Shown piece by piece: positions 58,003 through 64,000 of a DNA stretch of 64,000 nucleotides. This DNA is from Clostridiales bacterium (GTDB lineage Bacteria > Bacillota > Clostridia > Lachnospirales > Lachnospiraceae): positions 133,287 through 197,286 of the forward strand of contig JAMPHY010000001.1 of NCBI GenBank assembly GCA_023663185.1. The letters run 5' to 3'. How positions within the stretch are numbered: the stretch's first letter is position 1; each line of letters opens with the position of its first letter. The position numbers and the translations under genes were made by a program. The notes beneath the pieces are model-generated. The model did not search any database, was not told where the DNA came from, and was given only the letters and a program-made list of their open reading frames with translations.

Positions 58003-58123
58003 GATATAGGCAATTAGAATAAATTGCATAGGCTTGGCGGTGATAGCGATTAGTGCAAGTTTTATGTGCAAAGACGGATGTAGAATTGTGTAGATTAAGA
58101 CGATTAAAAATCCATAGTAAACA

Positions 58124-58158
58124 AAAATGCAGACTAGTATTAGTAGTTTGCATTTTTG
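58124..58158 (+). terminator. rho-independent terminator of the GTPase operon
   Basis: AAAAATGCAGACT / AGTTTGCATTTTT stem (one G:T pair) with a T-run. Confidence 0.65.
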
Positions 58159-58283
58159 CTTATTATATGCTTCAAAATTAACACATGAAAAATTCTTTTG
58201 AAATTGTGTTACAACCCGCCAATATTTGACTTACATATCATATTATGGTAAGTTAATCCGGTAGGCTGGATAATTGAGAAGGA

Positions 58284-59378
58284 ATGGAACTGATAATGGA
58301 AACATTAAAAGAAACTGACATAAAGGTTACAAGAGAAAAGCTGCCTGACGTACTTAAAGGATTTGGCATCATACTGGTTGTGCTTGGACACTGCATTCAG
58401 GTGGGAAACGGAGCTGAATTTAATGCAGAATCGCTATATTTTAGCGACAAATTGTATCAGTTTATATATAGCTTCCATATGCCGCTTTTTATGATGGTAA
58501 GCGGATATCTTTGCTGGGGTAGCATGAAAAGGGCGCTTGATGGCAGGCAGCGGCTTAGCTTGCTTAAACGCCGTATCCTTGCATTGCCTGTGCCTATCTT
58601 TGTATGGACTGCATTGGAATTTCTTATCAAGACTGTGATAAATCTTTTTAACGGCAATGTTTTGTCGTGGAGAATTATATTTGATTATCTTTACAGCGTG
58701 TTTAACAATTTTTGGTTCTTATGGGCGGTATTCTGGTGTTTTCTTATCGTGTTCATAATGCACTTTTATTTTCATGACTCCATAATACTGTATATATTGG
58801 GCTTTCTGGCGCTTTTCTTTATTCCCGACGGAATGGCGCTTGGGGCGTATAAATATATGCTGCCTTATTTTATCGCGCCCTTTTATCTGCATAAATATAT
58901 GGAGCAGAAAAAAGTGAGTCTTGACAAGGCTCCTAAGATAAAATGGCTTGCATTGACCGGATTAGTCTATATAATTCTGTTTCTGTTTTTTGATGAAAAT
59001 TCTTTTATCTATCTATCTGGATATAAGCTGATTGGGAAAGATATGATAAGCGTGATACGGCAGTTGAGGATTGACTTTTACAGAATGGTAATAGGTTTTG
59101 TCGGAAGTGCGTTCTTTATTCTTCTGTGGCAGTATATAATCGCCAAATTAAAAAACAGATATGAATTTAAGATTATGAGCGCCTTAGGAAAGGATAGCAT
59201 GGGGATTTATATTTTATCTACCTATATTCTGTCATATGTGGTTCAAAATATTTACCGAACGAGTCAACCTAATTACCTGCTAAATCTGGCGCAGGCGGCT
59301 GCGGTACTGGCTGTTTCCCTATTATTGACTGAACTGATTGGACTAATTCCTATTGTAAGAAAACTTGTAGGAAAATGA
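58284..59378 (+). CDS. acyltransferase family 3 membrane protein
   Basis: LKGFGIILVVLGH N-terminal motif; ten predicted TM helices. Confidence 0.8.
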   Translation: MELIMETLKETDIKVTREKLPDVLKGFGIILVVLGHCIQVGNGAEFNAESLYFSDKLYQFIYSFHMPLFMMVSGYLCWGSMKRALDGRQRLSLLKRRILALPVPIFVWTALEFLIKTVINLFNGNVLSWRIIFDYLYSVFNNFWFLWAVFWCFLIVFIMHFYFHDSIILYILGFLALFFIPDGMALGAYKYMLPYFIAPFYLHKYMEQKKVSLDKAPKIKWLALTGLVYIILFLFFDENSFIYLSGYKLIGKDMISVIRQLRIDFYRMVIGFVGSAFFILLWQYIIAKLKNRYEFKIMSALGKDSMGIYILSTYILSYVVQNIYRTSQPNYLLNLAQAAAVLAVSLLLTELIGLIPIVRKLVGK

Positions 59379-59480
59379 TGGCTAATTCTGAATTGTTGCA
59401 AATTTACGACTCATTTCTCCACATATTGTTGAAAAACATGGAAAAAGGAGTATAATAATTTTATCAATAAATTTTATAGT

Positions 59481-61310
59481 ATGGGGGTTAGAGAAGTGAA
59501 TGAGGTAAAGAATGAGAACACAACAAAGTGGTCAAAAAGCATCGCGACTGTTCTTGTAGCGGTTGTCTTTTGCATGATTGCGTGTACGGTGATTGTTCTT
59601 GGCTTTCTGGGAATCTCTTTCCTAAGAAGGTCTATGAATGAAAGTCTTACAAGTTATGAAGCGACTATGTATGACGGATACAGACGGGAGATTAAATCTG
59701 AAATCCAGACGTCGATTGCGATTATCCAGTCATATTATGACCGCAGCCAGTCCGGTGAATTGACCGAAGAAGAAGCAAAAGAGATGGCGAAGGAAGACAT
59801 ACGTTACATGCGCTATCGAGATGACGGTTCGGGGTATATGTGGATTGACGATACGGATTACAATCTGGTAATGCATCCTATTCTTCCGGAGCAGGAAGGC
59901 AATAACCGCTATGATTTGACGGACCAGAACGGAGTCAAGATTATCCAGAATATTATGAAAAGCGCCAATGAAGGCGGGGGGTATAACGAATTTTACTTCA
60001 CGAAGGCTGACGGCGTAACGGTAGCGCCCAAGCTTGCCTATTCGGAGAAATTCGACGCATGGAACTGGGTTGTAACGACGGGCAACTATACCGATGATAT
60101 GGACGCGGAAATTGCAGTAAATGAGCAGTACATAACACAGCAGTTCACTACTATGCTTACAGCATATATCGGCAGCATTATAGTAATTCTGATAGTGGTG
60201 CTGGTTATTTCCATATACTTCGGCAGACGTCTTGCAGGTGGAATTAAGCGGATTGAAGCTAATCTTCGTAAAATTGAAGAGGGCGACCTTTCCTTTGAAA
60301 TTGAACCTAAGTTAATCAAGCGTTCTGATGAAATTGGAAAGATTGCGCAGTCGCTTAATCAGGTCAAGCTAGCCTTAGCGGGAATGATTGGCGACGTCAG
60401 CGATTCCAGTCAGAAGCTTAAAAAGAGCAGCGGTGATTTCAGTGAGAAATTCAGCGATATTACCGCAAGTATAAATGATACGAACCGCGCTGTTGATGAG
60501 ATGGCGAAGGGAACCGCAAGTCTGGCGGCGGAGACAGAGGTTGTTAATGATAAAGTCCAGAAGCTTGGCGAGGTAATTGATGTAGAAAATCAGGAGATGA
60601 GTAAACTTGGAACTTCGGTAGATACGATGATGCAGTTCTCGAACGGGGCTTCCGACAGCATTAAGAAGCTATATGAGATTACAGAAGTCACCACAGACGC
60701 TATTCAGGTAGTATCGGATCAGACGAAGCAGACTAATGATTCAGCGATACATATTAATGAAATGGTGGAAATTATTAAAGATATGGCTTCCCAGACGAAC
60801 CTGCTGTCGCTGAATGCAAGTATTGAATCCGCACGCGCAGGAGAAGCAGGAAGGGGCTTTGCCGTAGTTGCCGAAGAAATTCGTAAGCTTGCTGAGAAAT
60901 CGGCGGAGAGCGCAGCAGGCATTGAAGTTGTTGTTAATGAGCTGACTTCAAATGTGGAAGTTTCCAGCGAGAGAATGCAGTCGGTTATGGTAAATGTGGC
61001 GGAGCAGGAGAAGCAGCTTAGAGAAACCAAGACAGCTTTTGATAATCTGTATAAGGAAATCAGCCTTGTCGGTGATGTGGCTAAGGAGATTAACAGGCAG
61101 ACGGATATCTTAAATGAACTTAAAGGCGTGGTATCCGACTCAGTATCTAACCTTAGTAGTGTAGTAGAAGAAAATTCCGCTTCGGCGCAGGAGACAAGCG
61201 CAGGAATGCAGGTAGTAGCGGAATCTATTGACGAATGCTATCAGGATACAAGAATGTTAGTAGAACTCAGCGACAGTCAGAACGAGAAGACGCAGAGATT
61301 TAAATTGTAA
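59481..61310 (+). CDS. methyl-accepting chemotaxis protein (TM - Cache-like sensor - TM - HAMP - MCP signalling)
   Basis: GYMWIDD Cache-type motif; HAMP; [37 protein letters not shown]. Confidence 0.9.
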   Translation: MGVREVNEVKNENTTKWSKSIATVLVAVVFCMIACTVIVLGFLGISFLRRSMNESLTSYEATMYDGYRREIKSEIQTSIAIIQSYYDRSQSGELTEEEAKEMAKEDIRYMRYRDDGSGYMWIDDTDYNLVMHPILPEQEGNNRYDLTDQNGVKIIQNIMKSANEGGGYNEFYFTKADGVTVAPKLAYSEKFDAWNWVVTTGNYTDDMDAEIAVNEQYITQQFTTMLTAYIGSIIVILIVVLVISIYFGRRLAGGIKRIEANLRKIEEGDLSFEIEPKLIKRSDEIGKIAQSLNQVKLALAGMIGDVSDSSQKLKKSSGDFSEKFSDITASINDTNRAVDEMAKGTASLAAETEVVNDKVQKLGEVIDVENQEMSKLGTSVDTMMQFSNGASDSIKKLYEITEVTTDAIQVVSDQTKQTNDSAIHINEMVEIIKDMASQTNLLSLNASIESARAGEAGRGFAVVAEEIRKLAEKSAESAAGIEVVVNELTSNVEVSSERMQSVMVNVAEQEKQLRETKTAFDNLYKEISLVGDVAKEINRQTDILNELKGVVSDSVSNLSSVVEENSASAQETSAGMQVVAESIDECYQDTRMLVELSDSQNEKTQRFKL

Positions 61311-61329
61311 AAGAAAAGATAAAAGTGTC

Positions 61330-61358
61330 TTGACAGCAAGGCTAAAAGAAGTTACAAT
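61330..61358 (+). promoter_or_regulatory. promoter upstream of tRNA-Leu(CAG)
   Basis: TTGACA-17-TACAAT. Confidence 0.55.
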
Positions 61359-61432
61359 ATCATTTGTCTTTGATTGGATTAGTTTTATAATAACAGTAAG
61401 TACGTGTGATGGTTTGCGTACTTTCTGTTTAT

Positions 61433-61516
61433 GCAGGAATGGCGGAATTGGCAGACGCGCACGGTTCAGGTCCGTGTGATAGCAATATCATGAGGGTTCA
61501 AGTCCCTTTTCCTGCA
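61433..61516 (+). tRNA. tRNA-Leu, anticodon CAG
   Basis: GCAGGAA-TG-GCG-GAATTGGCAGA-CGC-G-CACGG-TTCAGGT-CCGTG-variable arm-GAGGG-TTCAAGT-CCCTT-TTCCTGC-A. Confidence 0.9.
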
Positions 61517-61531
61517 CTAATTATACATAGG

Positions 61532-61557
61532 AACACCGTTTTCGCGGTGTTTTTTTG
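61532..61557 (+). terminator. rho-independent terminator after the tRNA
   Basis: AACACCG / CGGTGTT stem followed by T6. Confidence 0.7.
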
Positions 61558-61591
61558 TACTATCTATATGTTTTAAGGAAAGCGGCGCTTC

Positions 61592-62716
61592 ATGGACAAA
61601 ATCAGGGGAATAATATATACGGAAAGGTTCATCTTTGAGCCGGGGATAATAACTATAGACGGCGATAGAATAAGTTCCGTTGAAAAATGTGATATGGCAA
61701 ATCTGACAACGGAGGAGTCGCAGCGTTATTTGCTTCCAGGGCTTGTTGATATACACCTGCACGGCGCGGTGGGCTATGATTTTTGCGACGCGGATAAGGA
61801 AGCGATAGAGGCTATAAATAGCTATGAGATAAGCTGCGGAGTCACTTCCTTTTGCCTTGCGACAATGACGCTGCCTATGGAAAGGCTTAAGGAGATATGC
61901 ACAGCAGCCAGATATTTTCAGACGGAGGGTATGCGGGGAATTTACCTTGAAGGTCCTTTTATTGCCGAGAAAAGGAAAGGCGCGCAGAAGTCTGAATTTA
62001 TCCGCACGCCTGATATAGAATTAATAGAAAGCCTGCAGGAGTTATCCGGCGGATTGGTGAAAATAGTTACCATTGCGCCTGAAATAGAAGGGGCGCTTGC
62101 ATGTATAGAGAATAATAAAGATAATAAATTAGGCGCGCGCTTTTCCCTTGCACATACCGACGCGGACTATGAGACGGCTTTAAGGGCGATAGACGCTGGG
62201 GCGGCGCATATAACGCATATGTATAATGCAATGCCGCCGTTCTTACATAGAGCGCCGGGTGTGATAGGGGCGGCAGCCGAGCGCGAAGAGACAGAAATAG
62301 AGCTTATCTGCGACGGCGTTCATATACACTCCGCGGTGGTAAGGAGTACATTTAAGTTATTTGGCGATGAGCGCATTATTCTTATCAGCGACAGCATGAT
62401 GGCGGCGGGAATGAAGGACGGCTTATATACGCTGGGCGGACAGGAAGTTCTGGTTAAGAATAAAAAGGCTGTACTTAAAGACGGTACTATTGCCGGAAGC
62501 GCAAGTAATCTCTACGACTGTATGCTGATGGCGGTATCAATGGGGATTTCTAAGGAAGTTGCGATTAAAGCAGCCACTTATAATCCAACTCGGTCAATAG
62601 GAATAGATAGGGAATATGGTACGCTGGAAGCCGGAAAAATAGCGGATATTCTGATTACAGATTTGGACTTAGGTTTATGCGGAGTGATAAAGTCAGGACG
62701 CCGTATAGCTCCTTAA
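61592..62716 (+). CDS. nagA: N-acetylglucosamine-6-phosphate deacetylase
   Basis: PGLVDIHLHG, EGPFI, LAHTDA, THMYNAM, ISDSM amidohydrolase motifs. Confidence 0.9.
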   Translation: MDKIRGIIYTERFIFEPGIITIDGDRISSVEKCDMANLTTEESQRYLLPGLVDIHLHGAVGYDFCDADKEAIEAINSYEISCGVTSFCLATMTLPMERLKEICTAARYFQTEGMRGIYLEGPFIAEKRKGAQKSEFIRTPDIELIESLQELSGGLVKIVTIAPEIEGALACIENNKDNKLGARFSLAHTDADYETALRAIDAGAAHITHMYNAMPPFLHRAPGVIGAAAEREETEIELICDGVHIHSAVVRSTFKLFGDERIILISDSMMAAGMKDGLYTLGGQEVLVKNKKAVLKDGTIAGSASNLYDCMLMAVSMGISKEVAIKAATYNPTRSIGIDREYGTLEAGKIADILITDLDLGLCGVIKSGRRIAP

Positions 62717-63414
62717 AAATGTAGGCGTCTTCTGACTTCGTTACGCAGGCGTTTTTTAGTCAAAATCGTAATAAGCGCAATGTCAATAATGACGCATACG
62801 GTCAATACGACTGCTGACCATGTTATATGATAGGAGCTCTGACAAAATCGCCTTATAAGCAGCTCTAACGCTATGCACAAAATCGGAATCTCCACAAATA
62901 TATAGAGTGAAGCCGACAGAATTGTGAACGGTAACTTATGCGCCAGCAAAGCAAACAGTTCAAGCAGCATGGTTGACATAACTACGATGGGGATTCCCAA
63001 CTCCCACAACCATTTTGAAGAAGTTGTAAGGTAGCTTATCAGATATAAATATACTCCGACGGCGATACCGTCAATCAAAAGTATGAGGTAAACTGAAGCT
63101 TTGGTATAAAAGACCGCTGGAGCGGCAAAGAAAAACAGGCATATACAGGCGCCGATAACCGTAAAAGACCACATATGCCCCTGAAAAACAAGAAGATTTA
63201 AAAGCAGGCATGTGATACTGGTCGCAGATAATACAACCGATATCAGAATGCCGAAATCTTTTTTGCTGGCAATCTCTACCTGTCCTTTAGATACAGGATA
63301 GGGGGATTTAGCGGTAATGGACGGTTGATTTGGATTAATGACAGGCGTGTTACAAAGTGGACATTCCTTTAAGGAAGGTTCCAGTTCTACGCCGCAATTC
63401 ACGCAATATGACAT
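62713..63414 (-). CDS. zinc-ribbon membrane protein
   Basis: MSYCVNCGVELEPSLKECPLC followed by about six TM helices; start at 63414 (AAAGGAG RBS). Confidence 0.6.
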   Translation of the reverse strand: MSYCVNCGVELEPSLKECPLCNTPVINPNQPSITAKSPYPVSKGQVEIASKKDFGILISVVLSATSITCLLLNLLVFQGHMWSFTVIGACICLFFFAAPAVFYTKASVYLILLIDGIAVGVYLYLISYLTTSSKWLWELGIPIVVMSTMLLELFALLAHKLPFTILSASLYIFVEIPILCIALELLIRRFCQSSYHITWSAVVLTVCVIIDIALITILTKKRLRNEVRRRLHF

Positions 63415-63469
63415 AAGTGTCACTCCTTTATACATTAATAAACTATGAAAATAAACTTTCATACTGAAT

Positions 63470-64000
63470 TTATGACTTAAGTTTCGAGTCGCGGTTGCTT
63501 TCGATAGTCACATGAATGCCGTCTTTGACAAGTTTCTGGAAGAAACAGCGTTCAACGTCGCTCTCGGCTATACTACTGGCAAAATTTATCGTAAGGATAT
63601 CCTCGAAACTGATAATAGCGCAGTTGGTACGGGAAGAAAAGGGCTGTCCCATATAGATGTCAAAACGTTCTATAAAGGGCTTCATTTCATCGGGAACCTT
63701 CAAAGCGCCCATATTCGTAAGTCCGGCGGAAGAATTTTTATCCTGAACCTTCGTATAAAATGTGCGGACTACGAAATCCTTAATAAAAAGCGGTACGATA
63801 CGAATAACGGGATTACGCTGCGTGGCTGCATTGGTGGTAATATCGCCGCAGAGGAACTTTTCATTTATATAATAGTTCATATAGTTACGTACATGGTCCA
63901 CAATTTCTTCAAAGCTGTAATCGCCCAGCCGAGGATCTATCGACGGATATATCATCGTGATAAAGTTGCGCAGAGTCCTTGAAGGGAAAAAGCGCCTTAA
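63470..64000 (-). CDS. C-terminal part of an uncharacterised (possibly acyltransferase/condensation-like) protein; gene continues beyond the window
   Basis: The reading frame stays open to position 64000 (LRRFFPSRTLRNFITMIYPSID...); family assignment is tentative. Confidence 0.3.
   Translation of the reverse strand, partial: LRRFFPSRTLRNFITMIYPSIDPRLGDYSFEEIVDHVRNYMNYYINEKFLCGDITTNAATQRNPVIRIVPLFIKDFVVRTFYTKVQDKNSSAGLTNMGALKVPDEMKPFIERFDIYMGQPFSSRTNCAIISFEDILTINFASSIAESDVERCFFQKLVKDGIHVTIESNRDSKLKS

Noticed and set aside
53954-61432. Region between the two tRNA-Leu genes as a tRNA-integrated island
   Set aside because: Both tRNAs face away from the region, so their 5' ends flank it, whereas integrases target tRNA 3' ends. 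No recombinase or repeat of a tRNA 3' segment was seen.

Overview
64-kb chromosomal window from a low/mid-GC Firmicute. Gene content suggests a motile Clostridia/Lachnospiraceae-type anaerobe (inference only): ECF S-components, a Bce-type module, GerM, an Agr-like two-component system and Fe-S/MCP chemoreceptors. Most genes are on the + strand. Housekeeping content: argB (3' end)-argD; comEA, an OmpR-type two-component system, gerM-like and comEC; an FMN riboswitch with ribU; an ECF S-component with coaBC; holA; glyA; hom, an ApgM-like gene and ask; nagA; two tRNA-Leu genes. Accessory content: an XRE-coupled ABC exporter divergent from a BceRSAB-type peptide-antibiotic module; two dinJ-yafQ loci, one with a decayed toxin; a GH5 gene; an orphan AgrCA-like system; AraC and cupin genes; a lipid-modification cluster (GT2, PAP2, DagK); a GGDEF protein; several AT-rich orphan genes. 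I recognised no integrase, transposase, CRISPR array or rRNA. The best candidate for an undescribed system is an AT-rich, self-contained operon at 54.0-58.2 kb, transcribed divergently from an unusual tRNA-Leu(AAG). It encodes a divergent P-loop GTPase, a tail-anchored membrane protein and a dynamin-like GTPase. Other points of interest: a soluble [FeFe]-hydrogenase-like/MCP fusion receptor; a consensus promoter with phased A-tracts driving an unassigned ~200-nt transcript; a LexA-box-like pair in front of a secreted orphan protein; a 44-bp direct repeat bracketing the ribU cassette; a frameshifted GNAT-like gene. All functional calls come from reading motifs by eye. No database search was run.
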